Made by a program: the position numbers and the translations under genes | Assembly: GCA_039030515.1 (NCBI GenBank) | Contig: JBCCEA010000044.1 | Location: 1 to 31,179, forward strand | DNA from: Myxococcota bacterium | GTDB taxonomy: Bacteria; Myxococcota_A; Polyangia; Polyangiales; Houyiibacteriaceae | Length of the DNA: 31,179 nucleotides | Direction of reading: 5' to 3' | Notes under the pieces: model-generated | Databases searched by the model: none | The model's input: only the letters and a program-made list of their open reading frames with translations | Told to the model about the DNA's origin: nothing | Shown: positions 1-10,107 of the stretch, in pieces | How positions within the stretch are numbered: the first letter of the stretch is position 1 | Layout: the number at the start of each line of letters is the position of its first letter

Positions 1-61
1 CATGCCCTCAGCGCGTGCCTGCGCCGCACCCTTTCGCTAACCTTAGTAGTGCGGAGTTTGG

Positions 62-2623
62 GTGACCATCAAGCAGACCAAGAGGCGTAGTCGACTCCTC
101 GGCAGAGGTCTCGGGGCGGCGGTGCTTGCCCTGGTCTCGACCGTAGGTGTTCTCCAGGTTTTGCTGCCCAGCCTCGTGCGGTCACAGATCATCCATGTCC
201 TTGCGGAGCAAACAGGTCTGGTGGCTCGTGTGGACCGAGTCGCTTTTCACATTTGGGGTTGTTCGGTTTCTGGAGTCACCCTGCAAAGTCCAGATGGGCG
301 CTTCCGTGGCCGCGTAGCGATACTGGAAGTTCACGGCGCCCCTTGGAATTTGTATCGAGGTAGCTTGGAGGCGGTAGAGCTCTTGCGCCTTACAGAAGTG
401 AACATCGAGGTCGAGAGGAAAGACAGTTTTGCAGAAGCTACTCCTGTCGGCCCTCGGATAGGCTCTTCAAAGATGCGTCAATTACTTAAGATGATGCAGA
501 AGAACACACGCTTTGAAGTAGATGGTTTTCATATTTCGGTCGAAGACTCGTTCGGAAATTTGCTCTCGCTTCAGGGCCATCATGCCCATGCCTCTCGCGA
601 TGATGCGGTCATGAACCTGCCATGGATTCAGATCGGAGAACTTCCAGCACATCGGATAGCACTGGGAGATCTACAACTGACCGCTCGCCGAACTGCAGAA
701 GGTTGGAGTGTGTCAGAGGTGAGTTTGGGGACTGCACGATTGTTGTGGGCCCACGCCGGGGAAGATGCCCAGAATCAAGGTGCTGGAGCGTTGATGATCG
801 ACCGTCTGTTTCGTTTGATCGGAGGTCATGGTTCGGAGAATCTAGCGGCACCTCGAGATCTTCCTCAGGTCTCGTTTCGAGGCGTAAAGGAACTAATACC
901 GTCAGGACTAATCGCCTTGGTCTCCAAGTTGAGAAAGCGCTTTCTCGATCGGTCGATCGTTCGTTGGAGTGAGGTTTCGGTGGCTTTGCTCACCGACGAC
1001 GGCACCGTTGAACTCCTCCAACATCTCTCCGGCAGCCTGATCAAGGACGGTCAGTCTTGCATACGACTTCAAGGTCAGGGTAGGCGTGCGGAGGGCGGAG
1101 AGGTAGTTTGGGATTTGAATATCGATTCTGAACAGCTTGACGTCGAAGGGACCTTAGCGTTCGATGGAATGTCGCTTGCCGTCATCCAGCCACTGCTTCC
1201 TGATGTGCTTTGGCACAAGCCTCAGGATACTCGTTTGGACGGACGACTTTCGGTCAAATCGGATGAAAACGGAACTCTGAAGTTGGCGCTGGAGCTCGAA
1301 GCAAGTGGACTTGAGATTTCGTCTCCTCGAGTCGCACCCTCAGTTTTGCGTTTCGCTCCTGTGCATTTGAACGGCACGTTGGTTTTTGAGAACGCATTCA
1401 AAAGAATCGGCGTTCGTGATCTACGCGTCGCCATGGGGGCGGCCGCTATTATCGTCAATAGCGATGTAGAACTGTCCTCCTCCCATTTCGCCTTAACGTC
1501 GGATCTACGCCTGCCGCTATCTGTGTGTGAAGACGTGTTCCATGCGTTTCCGAAGGAAGTCCTGGGTGAGGTGGCAGGTTTTCACTGGATTGGAGATATC
1601 GCGATCGATGCACATCTCGAGCTTGATACACGTGATCTAAGCGCAACGGATCTCGACGTGCAGGTAGCCAACGACTGTGACTTTGTAGAGATTCCCGGGC
1701 ATTTAGATACTGAACGATTACGAGGCATTTTTACTCATAGAGTCCGTACATTAGAACAAGATTTTTTCGAGCTCACGACGGGGCCTGGGAGTGCACACTG
1801 GACTCCGCTATTGGCTGTATCTCCCTACTTGATGCATGCAGTAATCAAGCAGGAAGACAGTAGTTTTGCCTGGAACTCCGGTTTTGCGGTGTTTGCGATT
1901 CGTGACGCGCTCATCAAGAATATTAGGCTGGGCCGATTCGCGTATGGCGCTTCGACGATCACCATGCAGCTAGCGAAGAATATTTTTTTGCATCGCGACA
2001 AGACCTTAGTTCGTAAGTTCCAGGAACTATTTTTTGCTTGGTACTTGAATAGCGAGCTCGAGAAGAGCGAGGTGTTGGAGCTGTACCTAAATGTCGTCGA
2101 GTTTGGTCCTTCGATCTACGGGGTCCGTCAGGCCAGTCTTCATTATTTTGGAGTGGAGCCACGCGACCTTTCTCCTGCAGAGGCTTGTTTCTTGGCTGCA
2201 GTCCTACCGGCTCCTACGACTTATCATCAACAGTGGGAAGATGGCGTTCTTTCGCTTTCGATGAAAAAAAAGATTCGCCGTATGCTTCAGAGGTTAATTA
2301 AGTCTGAGAGGATTGATCAGGCAGCTCATGACTTCGGCGTGAACGAGCTCGAAGATCCTATGTTTTTTCGATCGCTAGAGGAGTCCGCACTACCAGAGGA
2401 ACAATCGCAGTTTGCAGGCCACGGGCATCTAAATCGACTCTGGTCAGATGAGCCTTCGCCGTCTGGACAGTCGACATCTTCCCGAGAACTCATACAGCGT
2501 GTGGAGACTGAGCAAGTGGAGCGACCGTGGATTGGAGAAGCTCGCCCATTACCTTTCTTGTCACCATCTGTACCTCTTGAAACAGAAGCGTCTGAACGAG
2601 AAAGCTATCGCACTGGAGAGTGA
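62..2623 (+). CDS. Biosynthetic peptidoglycan transglycosylase (GT51, MtgA-like) with N-terminal TM anchor and long N-terminal extension; no transpeptidase domain seen
   Basis: C-terminal GT51 motifs EDSSFAWNSG, GASTITMQLAKN, RKFQE, KSEVLELYLNVVEFG, LAAVLPAP; N-terminal basic stretch plus hydrophobic helix. Confidence 0.85.
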   Translation: MTIKQTKRRSRLLGRGLGAAVLALVSTVGVLQVLLPSLVRSQIIHVLAEQTGLVARVDRVAFHIWGCSVSGVTLQSPDGRFRGRVAILEVHGAPWNLYRGSLEAVELLRLTEVNIEVERKDSFAEATPVGPRIGSSKMRQLLKMMQKNTRFEVDGFHISVEDSFGNLLSLQGHHAHASRDDAVMNLPWIQIGELPAHRIALGDLQLTARRTAEGWSVSEVSLGTARLLWAHAGEDAQNQGAGALMIDRLFRLIGGHGSENLAAPRDLPQVSFRGVKELIPSGLIALVSKLRKRFLDRSIVRWSEVSVALLTDDGTVELLQHLSGSLIKDGQSCIRLQGQGRRAEGGEVVWDLNIDSEQLDVEGTLAFDGMSLAVIQPLLPDVLWHKPQDTRLDGRLSVKSDENGTLKLALELEASGLEISSPRVAPSVLRFAPVHLNGTLVFENAFKRIGVRDLRVAMGAAAIIVNSDVELSSSHFALTSDLRLPLSVCEDVFHAFPKEVLGEVAGFHWIGDIAIDAHLELDTRDLSATDLDVQVANDCDFVEIPGHLDTERLRGIFTHRVRTLEQDFFELTTGPGSAHWTPLLAVSPYLMHAVIKQEDSSFAWNSGFAVFAIRDALIKNIRLGRFAYGASTITMQLAKNIFLHRDKTLVRKFQELFFAWYLNSELEKSEVLELYLNVVEFGPSIYGVRQASLHYFGVEPRDLSPAEACFLAAVLPAPTTYHQQWEDGVLSLSMKKKIRRMLQRLIKSERIDQAAHDFGVNELEDPMFFRSLEESALPEEQSQFAGHGHLNRLWSDEPSPSGQSTSSRELIQRVETEQVERPWIGEARPLPFLSPSVPLETEASERESYRTGE

Positions 2624-2662
2624 AGAAGGCGTTCCGAATGGCACTCTGTGTTGAGCGGTACA

Positions 2663-3100
2663 TCAAATACGAAGCGAGAATAAAGGCAGTTGATAGAGCA
2701 TCAAATATACGATGACACCGGTGATCGATACGTAGAGCCATATCGGGAAGGTCCATCGGGCGATCCTGCGGTGGGCAGTAAATTCTCCTCTGTATGCAAG
2801 CCAAAGGGTTCTCAATACCAGTGGTACGACCGCCATCGCTAAAGTTACATGTGATATGAGAATGGTGAAGTATACTTGCCTAATGGGACCTTGCCCCAGA
2901 AACTTAGTGTCACCCGCAATGGCCATACGTGTGGTGTAGGAGGCCAGGAAAAGGCATGAGACCAAAAATGCCCCGGTCATCAAACGTTGGTGCCAAATCA
3001 GCCTTCGTTTTTTTACCATTACATATGCGAGACTCAGCAGGATTCCCGAAGTCGCGTTGAGGCAGGCATTGAGGCAAGCGAGGTATTCTGGCAAATTCAT
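2663..3100 (-). CDS. DUF420 family membrane protein (cytochrome oxidase assembly associated)
   Basis: Four hydrophobic helices with LNACLN, HQRLM, YFTILISH and HRRIARWTFPIWLYVSITG; next to SCO and cyoE. Confidence 0.88.
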   Translation of the reverse strand: MNLPEYLACLNACLNATSGILLSLAYVMVKKRRLIWHQRLMTGAFLVSCLFLASYTTRMAIAGDTKFLGQGPIRQVYFTILISHVTLAMAVVPLVLRTLWLAYRGEFTAHRRIARWTFPIWLYVSITGVIVYLMLYQLPLFSLRI

Positions 3101-3155
3101 CGTTTGTCCAATTCAGTGCAGTTGCGGGCTTTGGAGATAAGCCAGTGTGTCCAGC

Positions 3156-3746
3156 TCATCGACCGCGGCTGAGGCGTATCGCATCGTGCATCAACTGCGA
3201 TAGACCTTGTTCATCTGTGTCATAGAATCCTCTTAGAGTTCTCGTTTCGTCGACGAGAAAGAGTTTCCGTGAGTGCACGATGTCGTAGCCATTGTCGACG
3301 CGTTCTCTGGCGCCAACCGCCACGAGAAACCCTTTGAGCGCAAGTTCCTTAATTGTCTCTCGCGGTCCGGTGAGAAGCCGCCACTGCTTTTGATCTGCGC
3401 CATATTGACGTGCGTAGTCGCGAAGTTTCTGAGGCTGATCTGTTTCCGGATCGACGCTGATGCTTAGAAAATGAATTCCTGCATGGCTTTGTAGCGATTT
3501 CTGTAAGTTTGCTTGCCGTGCGGTGATTAGCGGACACGAAGTCGGGCAAGAGGTGAAGATGAAGCTTGTGATCCAAGTTTTGCCGCTCATATCTTCGGAC
3601 GTAAAAACGTTGCCATCCTGATCGATAAGTTCAAATTGGGGCAGGACTTTGAAACTTGGCGGTGAAGAGTCGGCACTGTCGCAAGCGGTCATCACAAGCA
3701 AAGCGACGATCTTTAAAGCCCGCCAAGCAAAGCGGTATGCGCTCAC
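3156..3746 (-). CDS. SCO1/SenC family copper chaperone, probable lipoprotein
   Basis: FTSCPTSCP (CxxxC), SISVDPETD, conserved His in DIVHS; lipobox-like MTAC. GTG at 3746 preferred over 3815, which overlaps cyoE. Confidence 0.9.
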   Translation of the reverse strand: MSAYRFAWRALKIVALLVMTACDSADSSPPSFKVLPQFELIDQDGNVFTSEDMSGKTWITSFIFTSCPTSCPLITARQANLQKSLQSHAGIHFLSISVDPETDQPQKLRDYARQYGADQKQWRLLTGPRETIKELALKGFLVAVGARERVDNGYDIVHSRKLFLVDETRTLRGFYDTDEQGLSQLMHDAIRLSRGR

Positions 3747-3774
3747 CGACTCAGATCGCTTCCATTTTCTACTC

Positions 3775-4671
3775 TCATCGATTACCGATGCCGGCGTCGA
3801 CGATGAGCACAACAAAGAGCAGGGTCAGGTAGAGCAGAGATGCAAAGAAAAGTTGCCTGGCCCATCTGCGTCCCGCGGTAGGCTTCAGGCCAACTAAGGT
3901 AACCGTCAAAAAGAACAGCCCGAGAGCCAAGGCAGTCACCAAGTATGCGGTACCCGCGACCCCCATCGGCACTAAGAGTAGTGATACTGGGATCAAGATG
4001 GCTGCCCAAAAGACCGCGTGAATTTTCGCAGTCTGAGCTCCGTACACTGCTGGCAGAACCTGCATGCCAGCTCGGGTGTAGTCTTCCTGTCGGAATATGG
4101 CGATGGCGATGAAGTGAGGTATCTGCCACAAAAACAGTATTAAGAATAATACAACAGCCGGTGCCTCAAGGCGTGACGTTGCTGCTGTCCAGCCCATCAG
4201 CGGAGGTAGCGCGCCGGGAATGGCTCCTATCAGAAGCGCCACGGGGGATTTCTGCTTCAGAGGTGTATAGACCGCGACATAGCTTATGAGCGCTGCCGCC
4301 CCAACGAGTCCCGTTAGCGGATTGACGAGGAAGGTGAGCATCGGCACCGATATCAGTCCGAGGCCAGTGCCAAAAATCAGTGCGTGGCGCGGGTGCATCC
4401 GCCCAGCAGGAAGAGGTCGGCTTGCGGTGCGGACCATTAACCGGTCGGCGTCTCGTTCAATCCAGCAGTTGAGTGCATTCGCTGAGCCGACGACCGTGGC
4501 GGTTCCTAACAACGCGGCAAATACGACGGCTAGGGAAGGGGTTTGGGGGGCAAGCCACATGCCTCCAGCCATCGTGATCAAAACAAGGGTTGTTACCCGA
4601 GGCTTGGTGAGGGCGACGTAGTCTCGGAACGTGCCGAGGCCGGCAAGGGAAATCGTCTGGGACGTGCTCAT
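3775..4671 (-). CDS. cyoE: Protoheme IX farnesyltransferase (heme O synthase)
   Basis: LTKPRV, NCWIERDADRLMVRTASRPLPAG, YTPLK, GAIPGALPPLMGW, LWQIPHF, DYTRAG; ATG at 4671 likely (ORF open to 4743). Confidence 0.95.
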   Translation of the reverse strand: MSTSQTISLAGLGTFRDYVALTKPRVTTLVLITMAGGMWLAPQTPSLAVVFAALLGTATVVGSANALNCWIERDADRLMVRTASRPLPAGRMHPRHALIFGTGLGLISVPMLTFLVNPLTGLVGAAALISYVAVYTPLKQKSPVALLIGAIPGALPPLMGWTAATSRLEAPAVVLFLILFLWQIPHFIAIAIFRQEDYTRAGMQVLPAVYGAQTAKIHAVFWAAILIPVSLLLVPMGVAGTAYLVTALALGLFFLTVTLVGLKPTAGRRWARQLFFASLLYLTLLFVVLIVDAGIGNR

Positions 4672-4880
4672 CACGGTTTTGCGGGTTCGACCTGAGATAA
4701 AAACTCTGTCGAGGCGCAACAAGCGCCGGTCGATGTGTGGCATAGGGCTGCATTCACTTCAAGACAAGACCGAACGCGATAGGCGACGCCGTGAACCTCG
4801 CCGAAGACATGTCTCCCCTGAGTCACGTTCAGAAACAGGGCTGAGAAGGCAAGGTTCTGCCCTACGGTCGGACCCATTCG

Positions 4881-6035
4881 CTATCGATAGTTCAACGCAA
4901 GCACCAGCGCGACTACGCCACCGACTGCCAGGATGAGTCCGGCTACAAAGACGATCCAGGGAAGCATCGAACTGAATGAGTTCGATGCCGGACTCGGTAC
5001 GAAGCCTCGCGGTAGCTGAAATTTCCTCACATGCCTTGGGTGCTCCGACGAAGCCCAGGGTGACACTTTTTGACTCGGGTGGAGGTCGTTATCGTCGTCA
5101 ACGAACGATGGGGTTTCTCGAGTGCTTAGGCGTGCTGGAAGCATACCTGTCAGATGTGCGTTCCAGGGTTCCTCGCCGCAGGACCGCAGAGCTTGGGCAA
5201 ACAAAGCTGCGGTCTCGAACCGATACGTAGGCTCCTTCGCAAGCGCCCGCATGAGTGCTGCATCTAGCCCTGCAGGTATGTGCAGCTGAGGTGCCCGTTC
5301 TCCAAGCGGGATCGGAGAGGTGTTCAGATGATGATTGATGTACTCCATCGGTTGCTTGGCGTCGAAAGGAAGCTTCCCAGTCAGCATTTCGTAAGAAATC
5401 ATGCCGAGCGAGTAGATGTCTGAGCGAGCGTCCAAGGTTTTGCCGCGCGCTTGCTCTGGGCTCATGAACTCTGGAGTGCCAAACACCATGCCCTTGCGCG
5501 TGAGGATGAGCGAATCCGGTCGCATTTGGCGCTCTGTTACCTTCGCAAGGCCGAAATCTAGCACTTTGGGGAAGTCTTCGATCCCCCCTTGGCAGGTTAG
5601 AAAAATATTTTCGGGTTTGAGATCCCGATGGATGATCCCCATCCGATGCGCCTCTTCGAGCGCTCCGCATACCTGCACCATGATGTGGATGGCTCGTCCG
5701 GGCTCTATCGGTCCTTCATCGCGCACGACCTGAGCGAGATTGCAGCCCTCAAGATATTCCATCACAAAATAGCAAGCTCCGTCCTCGAGCTGTCCATGGA
5801 GAAATACACGCGCGGTATTCGGATGCGAAAGATGACTCATGGCCCGAGCTTCGCGCCTGAAACGCGACACCAGGTCTGCTCTCGGTAGGTATTTGGAGTG
5901 TAGAATCTTGATCGCTACGAAGCGATTCATGTCCACTTGCTCCGCTCGGTACACTGCACCCATTCCGCCGGAGCCGATGCGTTGCACTATGCGGAACTGA
6001 CCCGCAATCTCCCTACCCATGTAAGGGTCGGACAT
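4881..6035 (-). CDS. Hanks-type Ser/Thr protein kinase with C-terminal TM anchor
   Basis: GSGGMGAVY, VAIKIL, HRDLKPENI, DFGLAK, GTPEFMSPE, DIYSLG; terminal hydrophobic helix followed by only NYR. Confidence 0.95.
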   Translation of the reverse strand: MSDPYMGREIAGQFRIVQRIGSGGMGAVYRAEQVDMNRFVAIKILHSKYLPRADLVSRFRREARAMSHLSHPNTARVFLHGQLEDGACYFVMEYLEGCNLAQVVRDEGPIEPGRAIHIMVQVCGALEEAHRMGIIHRDLKPENIFLTCQGGIEDFPKVLDFGLAKVTERQMRPDSLILTRKGMVFGTPEFMSPEQARGKTLDARSDIYSLGMISYEMLTGKLPFDAKQPMEYINHHLNTSPIPLGERAPQLHIPAGLDAALMRALAKEPTYRFETAALFAQALRSCGEEPWNAHLTGMLPARLSTRETPSFVDDDNDLHPSQKVSPWASSEHPRHVRKFQLPRGFVPSPASNSFSSMLPWIVFVAGLILAVGGVVALVLALNYR

Positions 6036-6150
6036 GGGACGGCATCATAACAGATGCGTGCGGGCTCATGCACCTCATCCACTAAGGAACCGTGAACGCC
6101 GTTGGCGGATACAAGTCTAACAGCACTGTGCGCCAGCCTGCGCGGACCGT

Positions 6151-7116
6151 TTATGCACGGGAAGGTTCCCGAACCCACAGCGCTGTTCGATGCGCGGTAG
6201 CTCGTTCGAGTGCCAGAAAGATCAGTCCAATCCATAGGAGGTCTGCAAAGAAAAGATGGACGATCTGTAGCCAGGCCGGAGCGAGCAGCGCCACGTTGGT
6301 TGCGCCGATTCCTAGCTGGAGGATCACGCAAACCAAACAGCCGATCGCAATTCGGTGGGCCTGCACCGACGTTTCCGCGCCCACTGTGTACCCCAGCGCG
6401 GTCACAATAATCGCGGCCCCGAGGAGGGCTGTGAGCGGGTGAAGTAACCGGGCTTGTATCAGAGGCGGTGCTGTCCGGTATGTTTGAAGGCTTAGGTGCG
6501 TCCCGAAGTCTGTCCCAAGGTACAGGGTGTCTCCGAGGGCGGCGAGGGCTCCGGTGATGCTGATCGCGACGAGGCTAGCACAAGCGAGCGCGATCCACCT
6601 TTGGACCGCCGTATCGAAGAATCCCCGAGAAGTTGCGGCGGGATAGAAACTCGACCACGTCTGCCAACACATCGCCCCGAGAAGGAGAAACGTGTTGCTC
6701 AGGTGAGCTGCCATCCACCAGGCGCGGCCCTGCACTTGATTCTGAGCCACCATCTCCAAGAGCACGAGCCCGGCTCCGATCAGTGCCTCCGTAGTCATGA
6801 AAAACAGCACCCAGCCGCTAGAGGTTCGTCGTACGTCATCCGTTTTGAACCACAGCCTAGCTCCCAGAAAACCGACACCACAGGCGATCCAGGCTAGACC
6901 GCTGGTGGTTCGATGCAGAAACTCGACCGCTTTTTGAAAACTTGGACTAGAAGGAAGCAATTCTCCGTCGCACAGAGGCCAGTGATCCCCGCATCCATCC
7001 CCGGAGAGCGACGCTCGCACGAAGGCACCCCAGAGGATCACGAAAACGCTGTAAAAAAGGATCCAGACCGAATACCGGCGGAAGATTCTATCTCTTTCGG
7101 GCACCGCAAAATGCAT
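6151..7116 (-). CDS. ctaA: Heme A synthase (COX15/CtaA family)
   Basis: GCGDHWPLC loop, EFLHR, conserved His in AAHLS, LLHP and IVHL; multiple TM helices. Confidence 0.9.
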   Translation of the reverse strand: MHFAVPERDRIFRRYSVWILFYSVFVILWGAFVRASLSGDGCGDHWPLCDGELLPSSPSFQKAVEFLHRTTSGLAWIACGVGFLGARLWFKTDDVRRTSSGWVLFFMTTEALIGAGLVLLEMVAQNQVQGRAWWMAAHLSNTFLLLGAMCWQTWSSFYPAATSRGFFDTAVQRWIALACASLVAISITGALAALGDTLYLGTDFGTHLSLQTYRTAPPLIQARLLHPLTALLGAAIIVTALGYTVGAETSVQAHRIAIGCLVCVILQLGIGATNVALLAPAWLQIVHLFFADLLWIGLIFLALERATAHRTALWVREPSRA

Positions 7117-7153
7117 TGTCTTCAGGTAGGGTCGGTGCGAGCGGACTTCACCC

Positions 7154-7693
7154 TCAGTCTGAGTCAGTGATGCGCCATCGCGCCACGAGACGCTCCTCTG
7201 CTCGGAGATATTCCACTACGAGTTCGCTCGCGACCCGGAGTCCCTCCCATACCTGAAGCGCTTGCTCGGGCCTCTCGATATTTCTGCCGTTCACCTTCAC
7301 GATCGTGTCGCCTGGTTGTAGGGCAACATCTGTGAAGCGAGGGTCCTCCGGGTACAGGCTGATCAAACGGAAACCGACAAACTGATCCTCTTCGACATGG
7401 GGCTCTGTAGCCACACCTCTCAGAAAGTTTCCTAGACCGGCCTCTAAAATGGGGTTGAGGATGGAACGCCTCAGCACGTGGGCGGCGCTGTCCCCTGATA
7501 CATCGGGGTGAGACGTCGATGCGCCTTCGTTCGCCACGACGGGATCGTTTGTGGCTCCGCGTGAGATTGAGGAGGCCGAGATTGAGGAAGCAGAGCCGGA
7601 GCATCCGGTGTTCAACCAGAGAACCGTAAAGACGGCAGCCATCGTGATTAGCGAGATGGCGTATCTCGGCTCATCCACTGGACCCATCGTCAA
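7154..7693 (-). CDS. PDZ-domain protein resembling the GspC C-terminal PDZ; possible lipoprotein
   Basis: FVGFRLISL...ALQPGDTIVKVNGRNIERPEQA...VEYLR PDZ signature; N-terminal hydrophobic segment ending NTGC. Confidence 0.7.
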   Translation of the reverse strand: MTMGPVDEPRYAISLITMAAVFTVLWLNTGCSGSASSISASSISRGATNDPVVANEGASTSHPDVSGDSAAHVLRRSILNPILEAGLGNFLRGVATEPHVEEDQFVGFRLISLYPEDPRFTDVALQPGDTIVKVNGRNIERPEQALQVWEGLRVASELVVEYLRAEERLVARWRITDSD

Positions 7694-8343
7694 TCCACCT
7701 CCCTTCGGAGAAGGCGTACGTGATGTAGAATTTCTGCTGCAGTTTCCTCCACCGGTTTGTTTGCATCGAGGTGTGCGATGTTGTCGGAAGGAAAATGTTG
7801 ATCGATCTCTTGATAGAACTTGCAGAGCTGCGACTGGAGCTCGTCATCGTCATATAGTTCGGATCCTGCAGCTCGGTATTCGCGGCGTCGTGCGGCAACC
7901 TCTGCGGGCACGTCGAGTATGAGGGTCAGGTCGGGGCGTCGTGCATGCCGATTCAGCTCGAGAATCCAGTCCTTGGCGGCTGACGTTCCACCGGCGGTAA
8001 CCGACTGGTACGCGATCGATGAGTAATCGTATCGATCGCAGATCACAGTGACCCCATCCATCAAGTTTGGCACGATCTCCGCCTCTTGGTGATCGAGGCG
8101 ATCTGCCGCAAAGAGAAGTGCCATCGTGGTCCAAGTAGGCGGCCGGCTTCCTCGGATGCCGGGTACGACGACGCGGCCTGCGAGGATTTGGCGTAACATC
8201 ATCCCCAGAGGCCCGTCACTCGGTTCGTGCGTTGCATGAACGGGCAGCCCCTGGTTTCTGAGCTGTTTTGAAAGCAGTCGCGTGTGCGTTGTTGTACCCG
8301 CCCCGTCAATTCCTTCGAGCACGATGAAGTGTCCCTCAATCAA
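7690..8343 (-). CDS. tmk: Thymidylate kinase
   Basis: FIVLEGIDGAGTTT P-loop, THEPS, LLFAADR, ICDRYDYSSIAYQ, PDLTLILD; TTG at 8343 preceded by AAGGAG. Confidence 0.95.
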   Translation of the reverse strand: MIEGHFIVLEGIDGAGTTTHTRLLSKQLRNQGLPVHATHEPSDGPLGMMLRQILAGRVVVPGIRGSRPPTWTTMALLFAADRLDHQEAEIVPNLMDGVTVICDRYDYSSIAYQSVTAGGTSAAKDWILELNRHARRPDLTLILDVPAEVAARRREYRAAGSELYDDDELQSQLCKFYQEIDQHFPSDNIAHLDANKPVEETAAEILHHVRLLRREVD

Positions 8344-8535
8344 GGTTCGCTCCTTTTGCAAATTCGATAGGCCGATCGCCCTAGGACGCACCCATGAAAC
8401 GCAGGCGCTCTAACGACTCTCTTCACACTCGCGCCGGCCCACTCGTACGGTGGCGAGGCGCAGCGGGAGGTTAGCGTTACCCGGCTTGCGAGGAAACCGA
8501 TTTTCGTTCCAGCTTTCTACTGCGCCAGTAACCCG

Positions 8536-9396
8536 CTAGCTCGTGCAGTAATTGGGGGTCGAACGTTGGACTTCGCGGAGTTTTGCTCTGGCTTGAGTCC
8601 TCAGAGGTGAACGCGGGTACCCCGACAGCAGAGCCTGTAGTGCGGTTCGCGCATCTGTACATGCGTGAAGTGTGAAAAATGCTGTGCCCATGGCCAGAAG
8701 AGCATCGTCCGCTCGGTCTCCCCGAGGATGGTCGGTAATCACGCTTCGAAACGCTCCGAGCGCCGATGCGGGGCGTCCTTCATCGAGATAGCTCTGGCCG
8801 ATGAAATAGTGGGCATCGTCCGTACGCTCGTCCTGCGGATAGCGCTCCGCGTAGGCGCGAAACAGGGCTCTGCATTTGGAATAGTCTTGGTTTTGATATG
8901 CGTTCTCGGACGCCGTGAAATGCGACTGCCGATCCGCTGGAATTTCTGAATCCGGAACGCTGAAGTCGATGCCCGCCTTGCGAGCGACAACATCTACGCG
9001 TTTTTCGAGTTCGATGCGTGACCTACTGAACTCCCTTGCGCTTGATTCAGACTGGTTACGGACCTCTGCTATCTGACCCTCCAAAATAGCCAATTGTTCC
9101 CGCAACTGCTCGACCTCTAAACCCAGGTCTGCGCTGTTACGACGAACTCGCTCCGTGGCTTCCTTAGTCAGGCCGTCCAGCTCCAGTATTTGAGCATTGG
9201 CCTTCGCGAGGTCTCGTTGCAGCTGATTGCGCTCCTCGCTCAGGTTTGCCTCCAGGGTCGATAGGCGCTCCTCGTGATTCGCACTCGTTTCCCTCAACTG
9301 ATTGCCGGTACTCCTTGTGGTGAACAGGCACCCCGCGGAAAGGGAAGCGCTCAAAGCGACCGGTATCAAGACCATCTGCACTCTGTTCGAGGTCAT
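8536..9396 (-). CDS. cpoB: Tol-Pal system protein CpoB/YbgF (coiled coil + TPR), lipoprotein
   Basis: Lipobox LSAGC, coiled-coil N-terminal half, TPR motifs (DDAHYFIGQSY, DDALLAMG, YPRSP); directly downstream of the pal-like gene. Confidence 0.8.
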   Translation of the reverse strand: MTSNRVQMVLIPVALSASLSAGCLFTTRSTGNQLRETSANHEERLSTLEANLSEERNQLQRDLAKANAQILELDGLTKEATERVRRNSADLGLEVEQLREQLAILEGQIAEVRNQSESSAREFSRSRIELEKRVDVVARKAGIDFSVPDSEIPADRQSHFTASENAYQNQDYSKCRALFRAYAERYPQDERTDDAHYFIGQSYLDEGRPASALGAFRSVITDHPRGDRADDALLAMGTAFFTLHACTDARTALQALLSGYPRSPLRTQARAKLREVQRSTPNYCTS

Positions 9397-9399
9397 GCG

Positions 9400-10107
9400 T
9401 TACCGCTGCATAAATTCGACACGTCGATCCCGAGTCCACCCGGAGTCCGAAGCTCCGGTCGCCATTTCTTCGCCCATCGAAGAGCTCGAGACTGAGGACC
9501 GTACGCCAAGGGAGTTGAGAAAGCGTGCGACCGAACGTGCTCTGCGATCGCCAAGAGCCAAGTTGTATTCTTCGGTGCCTCGCGGATCTGCGTGTCCGGT
9601 TAAGTGAACCGCCGACATATCTCGCTCACGAATGCATGAAGCGTTGGACTGCAGTGCATCGCGTGCTGTCGAGTCCAAATCGTCAGAGTCAAAGCTGAAG
9701 TAGACGCTTTGCAGCTGGCATTGCACAGGCGGGGGAGACGAAGGCGGAGAAGGAGGTGCGGCGGCTGTTTCCGGTACAGAACAGCGATTTTCGATACATT
9801 CTTGACCCGATGGGCAGTCGCTGTCCTCATCGCAGTAACCAGGAATCGGCTCACATGCCCCAGAGTCACATTGCTGGCCCGATGGACAGTCGGCGGTTTC
9901 TCGGCACTGCTGGCAAAGTCCATTAACGCAGTATTCGCCATCGCGACACTGCTGGTCTTCGTCGCAGTTTGGGTAACTTGGGCCGCAGCCCCACGCGAAC
10001 AGTGCCGTCGCGACGAGACCGGCTGCAGCCAACCCCCTTGCGGGAAATCCACTCGTGACAAGTTCTGTAGAAGTTTTGATCAACCTGCAGAAGCTTTGGT
10101 CCCGCAT
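9400..10107 (-). CDS. pal: Pal/OmpA-family peptidoglycan-associated lipoprotein with three Cys-rich repeats
   Basis: VYFSFDS, GHADPRGTEEYNLALGDRRA, DRRVEF; lipobox AWGC; RBS GGAGGAG upstream of ATG 10107. Confidence 0.8.
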   Translation of the reverse strand: MRDQSFCRLIKTSTELVTSGFPARGLAAAGLVATALFAWGCGPSYPNCDEDQQCRDGEYCVNGLCQQCRETADCPSGQQCDSGACEPIPGYCDEDSDCPSGQECIENRCSVPETAAAPPSPPSSPPPVQCQLQSVYFSFDSDDLDSTARDALQSNASCIRERDMSAVHLTGHADPRGTEEYNLALGDRRARSVARFLNSLGVRSSVSSSSMGEEMATGASDSGWTRDRRVEFMQR

